Source: Owenia fusiformis
Lineage: Eukaryota
NCBI GenBank assembly: GCA_903813345.2
Contig: CAIIXF020000001.1
Coordinates: forward strand, 2,666,001 to 2,730,000
Length of the DNA: 64,000 bases
Direction: 5' to 3'
This document shows, piece after piece, positions 41,694-55,723 of the stretch. Numbering within the stretch: position 1 is the stretch's first letter; each line of letters opens with the position of its first letter. Under the pieces are notes generated by a model. That model ran no database searches and had not been told where the DNA came from. It saw nothing but the letters and a program-made list of their open reading frames with translations. The position numbers and the translations under genes were made by a program.

Positions 41694-44600
41694 ATGTTGG
41701 GCGGTAATTTCTTCAAAGCTTTTGACGAAGACCCATTTTTTAGGTAAGTTTTGATATATTTGTTTTTCTCATTCTCTTCCACTTCCAGATCCAGCTTCTA
41801 GATCTACTACTTTTTCCATGTCCCGACTACGTCGGTTGATCTTTAAATATAAGAGTTACTTAAAGATTGAGAGTCTTACTTACCTTCTAGAGGTTAGTAC
41901 ACACTATTTTTGTTGGTCATGGGGGGGGGGTGCTACGCCTATGAGTTAGGCGCACAATACTACAGTGCAGGGTTTGTAGAAAAAACAGGTACCGGGTAGT
42001 AAATCCTCCATGCTGGGTTCAAACTTGGTACCCGGTCGAAAAAACCGGGTACCCCAAAAACGTAAAATACGAATATATAACATAATTAGATCATTAGAAA
42101 ACGTCATGGGCTTTCAACTACAGCGTAGAAGGGTAGGCAACTTCCCATATTTCATACATAAGCATTGCCTTTTGGGTTTTCAAAATTGGAGAATGTACAA
42201 ATTCCAAGAAAATCTTATTTTGTCCTTTTATGGATGATTTAAAGAAATAACTCAAAAATAAAAACATGATTATCTCCATACATGTTGATAATTTAATAAA
42301 AAATGGAATTCATCATAATTATGACAATACAGAAAGTGAACATTCTCCCACAAATTATATTTTTATTGGAAGGTGTTCTTAAATAATGCAATACTCGAAG
42401 AGATTATCTTGATACCTCTTATTCTTATTGGCCTTTTTGTTTATTGTTTACTTTTACATGAGATTGAATATATTTTATGCTTTAATCATATTGAAAATTG
42501 ATTTTTATTCAACATAATTCTAAAACATGTACATTTATCTAATACTTTTTGAAATATTACTATAAAAGGAGAGCATGGCATTGCTCATTTTGAAAGTCTC
42601 ATGTTATTACACAGAGTTGCATACCCTCTAATTGAAAGCCCATGGAAAACGTGTAAGATTTGTTTTGAATTCACAAAAATGTATGTAACTTCCTTCAAAA
42701 TTGAGCTAGAAGCTTCAAATCAAAAGAATTTTAAGGCTCTTTTCTTCCTCTATCATAATGGTCATATTTTCATTGGTTATGGGGGGGGGGGCTGCGATCG
42801 CACCATCGAACCCCCTCCTGGCTACGCCCCAATTTTGAAGGAAGTTTCAGACATTTTTGTAAATTCAAAACAAATGTTACACATTTTCTAATGATCTAAT
42901 GGGAGCCAGGATAGATGGCAGTTAACTACTAGGTTGTTCTCCACAACTGGTCCATTGGTTTATGTGTAAATATTGCTGTTTTGAAACTTCAATTTCTCTA
43001 CAAATATCAAATAAATATCATATTTTCCTTCATCATTATTTACAAACATGTTTTAAGATCCAAAATGAGAAGTTTTGGATATATTCAATAAAATTTATCT
43101 TGGGAGATTTTTGGAACATTCTTTACATGTTAAGTATGCTACTAAACCTACTGAATTTTTTGGCATCTATTGACAGTCCTGATGGCCATTATGTTTTTTG
43201 GGTACCCGTTTTTTCGACCAGGTACCAAGTTTGAACCCAGCATGGAGGATTTACTACCCTGTACCTGTTTTTATCTCCATACCTCTACAGTGCAGTCTCT
43301 AGGGAATTGATTGTCCTTTGTACACGATACAAATGTGTACCTTTGGTTAGGAGAGTTACAGTGTAAAAAGAAGTAAAATGCCTTGGCGAAGTAACCTCAT
43401 TTAAATGAGCCTCTACAGGGTTTTCACCAGGAAATTTTTAGACCCCGGATTTTTCGCGGTATCGGGACTACTCCTCCCCAATGTGAGATCAGAGATATCA
43501 GAATTAGAATACTTTTGATTCAAATTTTTTACTAAACTTGTCATTTTGACTATACTCTGAAAACACTGCTGTTATTTAAGCCAACCAAACTTAGATAAAA
43601 AATATTTTGATAACAAATACAATGGCTACTCACACTGTCCTTCGGTATTTAGTATACATCCCTGTCACACCATAGTCTTCAAATATGAAAAAACGTAAGC
43701 ACAATTATCCAAGAGAAAATAAATGAATGTCAATGAATGGTAATTTCTGGAAGTCTCAATCAGTGGGAAAAGTTGCTATTTTACACATGCAAGATCTGAT
43801 TCTTGATTTGTCAATTTAACATTTCATAAGTTCGCGGATTCATAGAAATCTCTGTCTCAGTTTCAGTGTGCCACCAATGTGTCTTCTTTGCTCGGTGAAC
43901 AAACACCAGTGCAGATAAATCAGCCATAATATTTTTATTATAAATAATGATAAATTTGTTCTCAGATGAGTAAAATGCTGTATTTTAAATTTCCTAGTGG
44001 TCACAGAGAGCATATGCAGCGGATGAGTGAAATGTTCAACCAACCATTTGGTGGAATTCCGGCTATATCACAACAAGGTATTACAGATGGCAGACAGAGG
44101 GCCCCTAGAGGAGAACAGAGGCAGTCTCGAAGTATGGCATTGTCTCCATTTGGAATGTTTGATCAAAACCCATTTAGTGGGTTTGGAGGAATGTTTCAGA
44201 ATATGCAAAATATGCAGTCAATGATGATGGGAGGGATGCAGGGAAGAATGGTTTGTACTTTTATTTTTAAAACATTTTACATACAGATACATACATACAA
44301 TCTCATTATAAAAGAGAATTCCATGTGAAGGAAAAAGATGCCTTTTAAAGTTTTCATAACTTTCATATTTCAAGTCATTTTTAATGTAACCAATTTACTG
44401 GTATCTGATTTGATATCTTACAATTTTCTCACTTTCTCATATGCTGTAAGTGAATTCTTGTGCTACCATTCTTGTTACTCTATATAATTACATACTAAAT
44501 CTGCATGTGTACTATTGTTTCAGATGGACTTACAGAATGATCCAAACTGCCACTCCTTCTCCTCTAGCAGTGTAATGACATATTCCAACACAGGGAATGG

Positions 44601-46036
44601 TCAGCCAGAGATCTACCAAGCTTCCACATCAAGAACTACAGCTCCTGGTGGCGTAAGAACAAATCAAATGCTTACAAATAATACAGTGAAACCTGTCTAA
44701 TCTGAACACCATTAGGACTGGCTAAAGTTGTTTAGGATTGGCGAGTGTTCACATTTTGTTTCTTTAACATAGAGGTTTATGGCAAAATGGTACACACAAA
44801 AAGTGTTGACATAAGAAGTGTTTAAATTAGAGAGGTTGTCAAATATACAGGTTTTTACCTTTATTTAAACCTCTTGAAGAGGGAGACCATCTTCATAGTG
44901 CTGCTTAGAAATTAAGATTTGATTTTTTGGCCAATCATTTGCTCTGTTTCCTTTCCTTTTCATGCTTGGTTACCCCGACTAATAATATAAAAAAATAAGG
45001 CTAAAAATATCTGTACATTAGGCTCCATTATAAAATTATATTAAATCAAGATGGAAAAGAAATTGGTGAATAGATGTACTTGGAGAAGAAGTTGGTGAAT
45101 AGGGGTACTTGGTCCATTCATTTATAAAAAACATAAATCAATATTTGTTTGTTCACATGAGTTTCACATAGAGTATTTCAACCAGTTGATCAGACTCTTA
45201 GAAAAAATATTGCTTGCCATAATTCATACTTTGTTGCATGAATTCCAGGTGCGAGAAGAGCGGAAAGCCGTTCGTGATTCTCGGTCTGGTTTAGAGAGAC
45301 AGTCAGTTGGACATCATATCAGAGACAGAGGTCATGTCATTGAAAGGTCACGCAATCACAACACTGGCGACCGGGAGGAAAATCATAACTATGAAAATCT
45401 TGATGAAGGTACTTGGTACTAGTATTTTCCTGTGCAGTATATTATAGTTTGATATGGTGAAATATCAACACTACCAGCTCTATATAAACAAGACAAATCA
45501 CATCATGCAAATCATGCAATCCTTGGTTGTTCCCATATCATGCTTCCATTTGAAATATCAAATGCTTCCTCTAAGCTTTCCTTATCAAATGCCAGCTACT
45601 AATTCATGGATAGACACCATGGTCATAGTGATAGGTGCTTGTCAAGAGACTCAAACCAGTCATTTTTATCTTGACCAACTTATATTTTATTTCTTGTTGT
45701 CTTACTGTAACCTGAAATCATTTCAACACATCCTGGCCATGATGCTATATCAATTAACACATTTCAAGTATTTCTCTTAATGTTCTATTTGTAGATGAGG
45801 CGGAAGGATTCCACAGAGAATTCAACACTCATATGAGCAGACATCCATACAATAATAGGTCTCGTCAACAACACGCAATCACAGACCGCTCTAGGGATAA
45901 CAGGGATCGTAGCTTTAACAGCATAGATCAGGGTCAGTATCAAAGAGATCAAGGAAATGATCGCAGGGTTCGGGAGAGAGATCGTGATCGTCATCATAGG
46001 AGTGATCGAAGAAGAGCAAGGGATGATACTCATTAA
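41694..46036 (+). CDS. MLF: Myeloid leukemia factor, 277 aa
   Basis: Exons 41694-41743, 43998-44250, 44524-44652, 45249-45408, 45795-46036 (834 nt, in phase). Motifs [62 protein letters not shown]. Confidence 0.93.
41968..43284. mobile_element. hAT-type non-autonomous element in MLF intron 1
   Basis: ~90-bp TIRs starting CAGGGTTTG. 8-bp TSD CTACAGTG (41960-41967, 43285-43292). Contains a fragment (~42650-42885) related to the repeat at ~47361-47623. Confidence 0.85.
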
Positions 46037-48460
46037 ATGAAACAACAAATAAAACATCTACACTCATTCTTTACAGGTGAATATCACTGTTATCCAATAT
46101 GAATTGAAGTAAATCACTTAGTATTATTAATTACTAATTATTATAAGGATGTATTGTTTCCAGAAATTCATGAGTAAAGTATCGATAAAAAAGTTCATGG
46201 TAATGGACACTCGAAGCAGATGTATATATCTGTTAATCATCCTGCAAAGTTAAATTTTTTATATGTAAATACCAGCTTGGGCTTTGATTGTATTAATAGT
46301 TTGCAATTTTTGGTTAATTTTAAGCTTCAGTTACTGCCTTATCTTAAAACATATTTTTGGAATAGGAATTGGAAAAAAGTGATACTTATGAACTCTTATT
46401 TCTATCACACCTTGTTATGCTGTAGGATTTCCATCAGAGCCCACAATTAAAACCAACCCACTTATTGTTCATAGTTTAACATTTATTTTCCAGGTAACTG
46501 ATCTCTTTGTGTGAAGGACTATGGTATGAAAGGACACTGGACTATATCTACTCTATGTTAAATGTAATTTTGGGTCTTTTCAAGTGTACGATGAATATTT
46601 TCATGAAGATATTGCAAAAGTTTGCGTCATATCACTAAAGAAATGTACATGAAGTGTATTTGTATTTATTTATCAATGTGATAAAAGTTGAAAAGACCCT
46701 TTTTGTACATACAGTACTATATTCAGAAACAAAAAGAAAGAATCTAAGCCATATTTGATGTTTTTTTGTAAATAAGGGAGATAATGCAGATATTTCATTG
46801 ATCATTGTTTGTATTGTTATCTTTATTTTAATTGACTTACTGTCACACGCATCACATTCTCTTAATACCTCTAATTAAATGTATGTTGTTTTGATTCAGT
46901 TGTAAATAATGATCTGCCAAATGTTGATACTTACTCAAATGCAATAACAAACGTTTGGCTTTAAATTGACTTTCTATACCCACACATCACATTCTCTTAT
47001 TAAATATACCTCTAATATACATTCTATTGATAAAGTTGTAAATAAATTTCTGTCAAATGTTAATGTTTACTTGAAATGCACCCACAAGCGTTTGTTTGTG
47101 CACCATGTGTATGGAAAATGCATACACTTACTCCAATGGAGATTTGGATATGGCAATATTGTACTTGTACATAGCATGGCGTAAACCCACCAGCATTATA
47201 TTTTCCAATTTTTCAAGATAGACAGGATACCATTTCTGATAATATTTCTTTATAATTTGAACAACAGTGCGTGATTGTAGCAAATTTAAGTATGTGAGGC
47301 AAAACTAACTCAAGTAAATAAAATACTATGGGACATAATTTTCACATTTTTCGAAAAAGGCATAGGTATAGCCACGGGGGGTGCGATCTCCCCCCCCCCA
47401 TAACCAATAACAAAAGAACCATGAGATAGAGGAAGAAGGGAGCTTTAAAATGCTTTTCCTTTGAAGCTTCTAGCTCAATTTTGAAGGAAGTTACATCAAT
47501 TTTTGTAAAATTCAAAACAAATCTTATTTTTCGGCTTGGTTATTGCACAATCACACCTCTGACTGAAAACAGCATTTTTTATGGCGATCGCACCCCCCTG
47601 GCTGAAAGCTAGCTACGCCCCTGAAAGGTCAAATATTTTTTGTAAAATACTGCTGAGGCAGTTGCCTCACCTGCCTCATAACTAGCTGCACCCACGCTGG
47701 TGACACAACAGTTAAACTATATGACAATGCTGTCTTTTTTCATCTCATTTCCATATTTCTGTACCTAAGTATATTCTGTCTCCTATCTGAATAAAGAAGT
47801 AAAATTGAACAAATTATTTTTGTTTGTTGTGTGGCAAAGAATCATTGTTGGACATTGCCCTTATGGATATTAAACAAGGAGTTAGTCAACAATTCATGAA
47901 AACTTTTTTTTAGGTCATAACAACTGGCAAAAGATGGCTCCATGGTATTTCATAGGAGAAATTATTTGACAAGTTTTAAGCTTTAGGACGTGATATCACT
48001 CTTTTTAAAATCAGTATTTTGGTTAACATAAAATAGCTTACGTTATTTTTATAAATGGATTCAATAGAATATACCTAGATATGGCATTTTAATACAGTTT
48101 TGTTGTACTTTGCTACATAATTGAAAAAATAGATGACAATAAGAGGATTTTATCAAAAAGCAATAACAAAAACAGAATCTTTGAACTATAATTTTTTATT
48201 TTTCTTAAATGAACTATTTACGATGAAACTTTGGAACTTTCTGCTTCAGTATTGTTTGATTAAGAATCAGTCATTCTTATTATATGTTGTTTGGTATTTT
48301 CAATAACCCATTGAAAAACAGGAACGCATATTATCTATACAAGTACGTCTATGCAGTAAGTTTTACATCATTTTTAAACAATGTTAAATGGGCCTTAAAA
48401 CACCAGTTCATGACTTTGATCCATCCTAAAATAGTTTAGCTGTTTAGTGGTCTTGAACAT

Positions 48461-50035
48461 TCAGAGCAAAGTCACCTGAGTTCCGATAACATTTTTCTCC
48501 TCAACTTTCGTCAGTTCTGGTATGGTTTGGGTAAATGGAGATGGTACACCTCCAAATGGTGGTGGGCTCTTTGGACTAATCACAGAAGGACTCAGTTGTT
48601 TGGATGGCAGGGCATCGGCTTTAACTTCTAATTTAGTTGCGCCTGGGGGTAGTCCAGCTTGAGCCAATGCACCCGGAGGCGGTCCGCCTTGAGCCAATAC
48701 ACCCGGAGGAGGTCCACCTTGAGCCAATACACCCAGAGGCGGTCCACCTTGAGTCATTGCACCCGGAGGCGGCCCACCTTGAGTCATTACACCCGGAGGC
48801 GGTCCACCATGAGTCATTACACCAGGGGGCGGTCCACCTTGAGCCAATACACCCGGAGGTGGGCCTCCAGAACCCATACCTGGTGGAGGGCCACCCATTT
48901 CAGGAAAGAATTCATCTTTGATCGCTTTTACTCTTTCAAGAGTTGTGGCGAATATGCATATCTGACATAGCTGAAGTATATTAGGCACAAGTGGAATTGT
49001 GCTGAGGACAACAATCTTGCCGTCCGTCACCGTTTCCGATTTTTTCAAGATGTCTTCGACTGTGCCCGCCGCTGCGACACCGTACTTTAAAACCGCCACT
49101 GGCATACCGCAACTTCCCATTTCTCGCGCCAAAATCATCAATGGCGTTGCTGTATCAAATGGAGCGTTGATATCAATTGCGTAGAGTTTACCATCTTTGT
49201 CTTCTAACACGTCCATAGCAACGAGGCCAAAGTAGTTGTTTTTCTTGAACGCTTTGCTCGCTGGAATCACGATTTCCTGAAGTTTTGCTTCGGTTGCCTT
49301 TTGCTTTTCGTTGTACCAGACGGCACCTTGCCACTGTTGTTCCGAGTCAACCATTGATTCTGTGGCTCCTATCCAAGTTACATTACCGGCTTTGTCTAAG
49401 TAGAACTGACAACTGTAATTGCACACCGCTTCGATCAACTCGGTGTAAAGTAGCTCCGCATCAGGCGTATATTTCTCAATCTTGCTTTTCGCCTTGTGAA
49501 GATCTTCCTCACTTTTTACAATAAATGTGCCATATCCTGCAAATCCATGAGACGTTTTCATGACGCATGGAATCTTTGGTTCGGACAGTACTTTAGGCTG
49601 GGGACATTCGGTCTCAGTAATAAAAAGCTTTGATGCAACTTTATAATGTTCTTCTGGATCGACCGTTTGTAACTTAGCGTCTAATTCTTCGACGGGGAAG
49701 AGCATTAGATGTGGCACGCTCGTCCCATATTCTTCCGTCCAAACGGGTTCCTCATAAAACGAGCCCAGTGTTGTCTTCCAGTGGTCGACTAGACATTGAG
49801 GTGGACGTTGGGGAAGGTATACTTTTATTGCATTCCCCGTTATTGGCAACATCGTATGCAGCAACATTCGGGCGCCCGACCCACCGTCATCTTTGTAATC
49901 CCTGATATCGTGAATCTTATACTTGGTCGTATTGTTGAATTGAGCCGATGGAGCCCCATGACTTGATACCAGACTCATCATAAAGATGGCATCTCCGGAC
50001 AAATCCTTCCTGTAAAGGTCCGACAACTTAGTCAT
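48461..50035 (-). CDS. ATP-grasp fold protein with C-terminal GGPPPG decapeptide repeats, 524 aa, single coding exon
   Basis: PCVMKTSHGFAGYGTFIV and YFGLVAMDVLEDKDGKLYAIDINAP fit ATP-grasp motifs. Acceptor tgtttcag lies just upstream of ATG 50035. AATAAA ~260 nt after the stop. Confidence 0.8.
   Translation of the reverse strand: MTKLSDLYRKDLSGDAIFMMSLVSSHGAPSAQFNNTTKYKIHDIRDYKDDGGSGARMLLHTMLPITGNAIKVYLPQRPPQCLVDHWKTTLGSFYEEPVWTEEYGTSVPHLMLFPVEELDAKLQTVDPEEHYKVASKLFITETECPQPKVLSEPKIPCVMKTSHGFAGYGTFIVKSEEDLHKAKSKIEKYTPDAELLYTELIEAVCNYSCQFYLDKAGNVTWIGATESMVDSEQQWQGAVWYNEKQKATEAKLQEIVIPASKAFKKNNYFGLVAMDVLEDKDGKLYAIDINAPFDTATPLMILAREMGSCGMPVAVLKYGVAAAGTVEDILKKSETVTDGKIVVLSTIPLVPNILQLCQICIFATTLERVKAIKDEFFPEMGGPPPGMGSGGPPPGVLAQGGPPPGVMTHGGPPPGVMTQGGPPPGAMTQGGPPLGVLAQGGPPPGVLAQGGPPPGALAQAGLPPGATKLEVKADALPSKQLSPSVISPKSPPPFGGVPSPFTQTIPELTKVEEKNVIGTQVTLL
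48630..48896 (-). repeat. 30-bp coding tandem repeat, ~9 units (GGPPPGVLAQ-type)
   Basis: CCACCTTGAGCCAATACACCCGGAGGCGGT-type units recur every 30 bp. Confidence 0.92.
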
Positions 50036-50969
50036 CTTGAGACTGAAACATACCAAAAATCGTTAGATGAAACAGTAAAAAGGTAAGAGCGTAAAAAGCG
50101 TAAAACAAAGGACGAGATATAGATTCTCGTTTCGTACGCCAGGTAAAGAAGGACTGTGGAAAGATAAGTCTGTAATTTCGGATACTTCACAAAAATTGTG
50201 TGATGAACTGGACGTAGACTGGTAGATCAAATGAAAAATAATGGTTATGAATAAAGATCTGGGCAATTATAAATTGGCGGAAACATTGAATGGAATTAAT
50301 ATTTAGATTGAGATAAAATTGTTTCTTGTAGCGCAGATGAGAGTTGAAAATGGTTTCGAAATAATTTTATAAGTTGTTATTTTAATTTAATTTATAAACT
50401 GTAAAACGCTGATTAATAGCGTTCGCCGTCTTATCATTGTAATTAGTGGAATATGTAGGTGCTTATCTATAAGTGTCGTAAGTGTGAATCTTCAAGAGGA
50501 ACTATTCATTAAAACCTGTCTAATCCGAACACCAATGTGACTGGGCAAAAGTGTTCGCACTGAGAGGTGTTTATGGTAGAATCAACAGACCTAACATGCA
50601 AAATATCACATCACCACCTGCTATTTGTTACAGACACCGACCGCCAAATCCAGAAATCCGTCCTTAAAAAAGTTAATAGCGCTGGCATAAAAATAGGATC
50701 GAAAATGTGCCCATTTTGAGAGGCGTTCAGATTAGAGAGGTGTTCGGATAACACTTATAAACCAAAATGTACTGACTTGAATTCGGTATATGAAGACGAA
50801 TATTTATATTCTATGTCAATGACATATTTGACTTCTGATCGGAGAATCTATGTTACGAGGACATGATACTAATTGAAATTAACAAATTGCTATTTTAAGA
50901 GTAAACACTTAACTTTGTATAACTCGATAAGACATTAGTATATTATTGGATAGATGTAGTTACGAAAGC

Positions 50970-51273
50970 CAAGGAGGATTGGCTCCCAGAGTGCAACATC
51001 GATATTCTGTCCCATATATGGGCATGTCGTGCTACAAAATTTGAATTCCAACAGCCGCCATTTTGTTCACTTCAACATTTGAATCGTAAATTTTGGTCTT
51101 ATTTCCTAACGAAAAATTCCAAAACTCACAGGAAATGATTGAGATATTGGTTCGAATCTTTTGAACTGTTTATTTTGAATTTATAATCGGTTATAATTTC
51201 AGAAAATAACGACATCTCGGCGTTTTCATTGTTGGAAAATATCGACTTCGATTCTGGGAGCCAATCCTCCTTG
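50970..51273. mobile_element. MITE with 9-bp TSD (Mutator-like)
   Basis: TIR CAAGGAGGATTGGCTCCCAGA. TSD TACGAAAGC at 50961-50969 and 51274-51282. The interior resembles ~20995-21100. Confidence 0.85.
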
Positions 51274-51446
51274 TACGAAAGCAAAAGTACACGATCCTCA
51301 TGAATTCAGAATACCTAATTAAAAGTTAATACGATTTTCCCCAGTCAGTACGAGTTTTTCAGTCAAAACTATTTTTGTTCTTTTATATTTCCCTTGGAAG
51401 ACTAATTAGTATCTATGGAATGAAAAGAGTTTATTTATTCCATTTT

Positions 51447-52125
51447 ACATGTTTTCCCTGAGAAATAAACCGGGAATAAAATTGGAATTAAAAAAATCCC
51501 GTATCAGATCCCGTATCAGTCTAAATCCCATATCTGATCCCGTATTGGGTCCCGTATCAGCCAAAAATCCCGCATCAGATCCAGTATCACAACTATCAGA
51601 TTTCATGAGACTAAATATTGTGTTATTCATTTTTAGATCCATTTTGGTATTACAAATGATTCTTATTTTAAAACTTGTTAATAATTAAATTGTATCATTT
51701 TATGTCACCATCATTGGGTGACGACATGCAAAATAAGTTTCAGAAAAAATATTATAGAATAAATAGGTTATTGATGGTCGTGATGGAATATGAATTTTCC
51801 CTCGAGAAAATATGATATTGGCCTATATCATATTTCCCTCGGAATAAAATTCATATTCCATCCCTCCCATTAAATAACCTCTATTTACTGAGAGGGATTC
51901 AAAATGGATGTTATATAAAATTAAGTTTTATGTCATCATCATTGATTGATGACAAATCATTTGAAAATAAATAATAAATAAGTTATTGATGGCCGTGATG
52001 GAATATGAATTTTTTCCTTGAGAATATATTGCATTTGCCTCGAAAAATGATCAATATGATATTTTTCTTATCCAATTTTCGGGATAAAATTTATATTCAA
52101 TCCCTCCCATTAAATAACATCATAT
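51447..52125. repeat. Dispersed repeat with palindromic modules (two tandem GGTTATT...AATAAC units)
   Basis: Modules at ~51765-51880 and ~51981-52120. ATCCCGTATCAG subrepeats shared with 29668-29922. Confidence 0.72.
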
Positions 52126-53270
52126 TTTTTTACCTTCGAAACACCAAATACCCCTTTTAATGAACACTTTTCCTGTTGTGTTAACGTCCATATGAACTCT
52201 GTTCTAGTCAATATTCCGCTTTTTATCAAACAAGTATACACTCGTTTTATTTTAAGTATGCTTTTACAATAAAAAGTCACAGTGACAGAGTTTACATAGT
52301 TTAAGCCTAGTGTGTTTCTTACATTTACAAATTATAAATATGTCATTCTGATCTAAGCAGCGAAAGAAGAGTGACATATATAGCACATGAAAACGAACAA
52401 GTCTTAAAAACTTTCGTTGACTTTCATACTTACTCCTAATAAGGTAGTGTGATATACCCTCCTGAGATGTCCTACTTGCAGCTGTGATATCATATATAAG
52501 ATGTGTCTTATAACTCTCCTCATATGTAGGGACATCAAAGACATAAATATTGAGGTTGGGCCCTACACTCCCCGACACGAATTGCAAAGTCGTTCTAACA
52601 AATTGCAGACGGTACACTAGCCTGCAAAATGACACCAGAAATTAGGCTTGCTTATCTAAAAGGTTATTGTGAACAGGTTAAAGCCCCTGGGTTTATTCAT
52701 ATGCCCCTCCCCGTGGTTATTTTGATGACCCCCTAGCTGTAGGGTCTCACCTCTAAAATTTTACCACAAGATAAGATTCATGAAAACCATTTTTTTGGTC
52801 CCAAATTAAGTGAATCAAATTGTGATATGATTAGACGTTCAAACACCGAACGCCAAGAGCGTACCCTTATAACTGATGATGTCCTTACATGTATCAATGA
52901 CACTATACCTTTACACCTTTACGAAACTAGATATAGTATTTTATATAACTGATTAATTCGTTTTTGAACTCATTAATTAAATGTTGATCTAGTTCAATCA
53001 CGTTCAAAAAACATTATAAAGGGTAATTTTATCTATGACCTTTCACCATCGTGAAAAATCCCAGGTGTCTAAAAGTTCTTTTAGATGAGAAGATATGGTC
53101 TGAGTATCAAGATGAGTGTTCATAATTTTAGTAAGCATTTGGATATGTATTTTCTGCAAAATATTCACAAGGGTAATTGATTATAAAGATGATAAAAAGT
53201 AAAGCTTAAAAAGTACGTTGTATGAGCCTCGATGATTTACTTGTTTATTTAATTAGGTGCATGTACGATA

Positions 53271-53350
53271 TACAGCGTGGGCCAAAAAAACAATACCCCT
53301 TTTAAATCATGTATTATTTACTTATCTATATTGTTTTTTGGCCCACCCTG
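53271..53350. mobile_element. Tiny TA-flanked MITE
   Basis: TACAGCGTGGGCCAAAAAAACAATA...TATTGTTTTTTGGCCCACCCTGTA. Confidence 0.7.
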
Positions 53351-53670
53351 TACATATCCCAGATACATCACAGCACAACTTTACATGATATTTTAGTGGC
53401 CATAATCTAATCTCATGATTAATTAATGGCAGATTAGACTTATCTTCTTTTCAATTTTCACAAGAACAGCTAATTTATTATTAAATGTTTTAATTGGTCC
53501 GATATACACAGCTACCGGGTGGGCCCATAACAAAAACACGATTTACTTAGAATTGTGATTTCTATCATATATAGTATTACCGGCAAACTTGTCTCCTAAC
53601 TAGTGTTGAATTTTAGGTAAAAAAAAGTGTTCACTATTTTTGTACAGTCACTTTTCACATCTATTGAACT

Positions 53671-55204
53671 TTAAGTAGTGGCGGCTATAAGCCCGCCAAT
53701 ATATTCAGAATTAATTCTTGTCAGAAAAAAGTGCATCCTGTGGGAAAGAACATCTTCACCAGCTTGAAAGCTGAACGAAGTTTTAAAAATTTTAGCCAAC
53801 CATTCATAGTAGGCATCGCGTTCTTCGATATCTTCAACTAGAAAACTTTCCTCGAGATCTTCTGGGTCGTCAGGCTCAATATGAATAGTCTCTGAATCAC
53901 TCGCACTCTTTATAACGTCATCACTAACGTGCAACATGCTTAGTACATCCAGTGGCTTGGGCAGCTTTTTGCCCTTCCATGGCATAAGAACAACTTCAAT
54001 GTCAGAGTCCCGTTCATTACCATCAGCCACACATTTGGCTTCAACAAGTTGAGACTTGTGAAGAAGAGTTGTAAGTTTGTGGACAGCAGTTGCAAGAGAC
54101 ATATAGTCGATATCTGGATTGGGATCAAATCCGTATGGTACAAATGTATTTGGTACAATGATTCCACAATTCCATCGAGATGGCACACACGTGAAGACCG
54201 TTCGTTGTTTGGATGTGTTGACTTGTTTCTGAAGAAAGCGGCAGCCATGAGACCAGTCGTCCAAACATCCAGTCAGCATACCTGGTCTAACATCAAAATT
54301 ATACTGGGCCCACTTGTACCAGAATTTCTGCTCTGAAAATATAAAAAGGTATTCCAGAAGGTATTGAAATGTATATATGACAAATAATTCTAAAAATGGA
54401 GACCGGTGCTTTTTTCAAAGAATAATAGAGAGATTTTGAAAGGTAGAAATACAAACAGAGCAAGGTTCTAAAAACTGCTTCAAATTCAATCGGAAAGACG
54501 ACTTTCATTATAAGCATACCTTTTCTGGAAAGATACGTTTTCCATAGTTTACAGACCATACTGCATTTTCCAATGTTGACAGGGTCAACGTAAAGAAGGA
54601 TATCCTGAAGAAGAAATTTACACTTCAACACCCTCTCATTCCCCCTCAGAGTGGTCTTGTCCGATTCTTTTGGGTTTAAGTTTGTTTCTTTTGTTGATTT
54701 TGGAGTTTTTCCAACTAACGCAGACGACGCGTTTGCCTTCTTTTTAGTTGATTTAATAAGTTGGCTTTCTTTGATAGATGTTGGCGTTGTATTTTGATCA
54801 CCTCTATTGACACCATTTGGAGGTGTACCATTTGTTCCTCGTTTATTTGTAGACTTTGGCGGTGTGCCTGATGCATCCACTCTTCTAGGTGGAGTGCTTT
54901 GAGACGCTCTTTTGACACCAGCAGATGTTGCCTTTGGTGGTGTATTTTGCGATCCCCGCCTTGCAGCAGACATCGGTGGCTTTTGAGGCGAATTTTGAGA
55001 CTCCATCCGCAGAGCAGATGTCGGAGACATTCCCTTCTTAGTCTTAGTATTTGTATTCTGTCCAGCAGATTTTGGGGGTTTATTCGGTGGCCTGTCAACA
55101 GAGACACTCTTCGGTGGAGTCTCATCTGGATCGTTGGCAATTTCTTTTGAGAGAACTGTTTTGTTTTTAAATCCATCATTGGGACGTTGATATTTGGATG
55201 ACAT
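53671..55204 (-). CDS. F-box protein with a long basic S/T-P-P-K-rich N-terminus and an uncharacterised C-terminal domain, 448 aa
   Basis: Exons 55204-54520 and 54332-53671 join in phase (G|AG). F-box-like LLQDILLYVDPVNIGKCSMVCKLWKTYLSRKEQKFWYKW. Confidence 0.8.
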
Positions 55205-55723
55205 AATCGTCTTTAAGATCGTTTAGAACTTGTTGTTAAATGCGGTGATCTCGCTATAGAATTGATTTGTTCTCCAGCTTATAAGTGCACTAGGTTTTCC
55301 AATCAAAACCTCTCGGGAGTCTAGAAAAAACATAAGATCACGTTCAGGAGTTTTGTCAATAAAAAGTATAGATTCCCTTTACTGTGTACAGCACTTCTAT
55401 GTAATTGAACAGTTTATTACCCGATCCCATAAGTGTTAAATTGCATTTCACCAATACATTTTTAATATTTTGACGACGTAGATAAATAATATTAATTTTG
55501 TTATATCTTACTTATTTTAGATTTTTGTTGCTAGAGTAACACAACCACAGTAGTAAAGTTTTTGGTATACATATTGTAAAAACAATTTACCATTGCGATA
55601 AATGGTATAAAAAGTCATGATATATCAAAACAAATAAGTGATATATTTAATTTGAAAAGATACATACCTTATCCTATCGAGTTTCGTGAAATGATTGACG
55701 TCTCATCTATAAAACAGAAATCG

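Noticed and set aside
54299-54519. Hydrophobic tail of the 301-aa ORF as a TM segment
   Set aside because: It is intron read-through. Splicing 54520>54332 completes the F-box and joins the downstream ORF.
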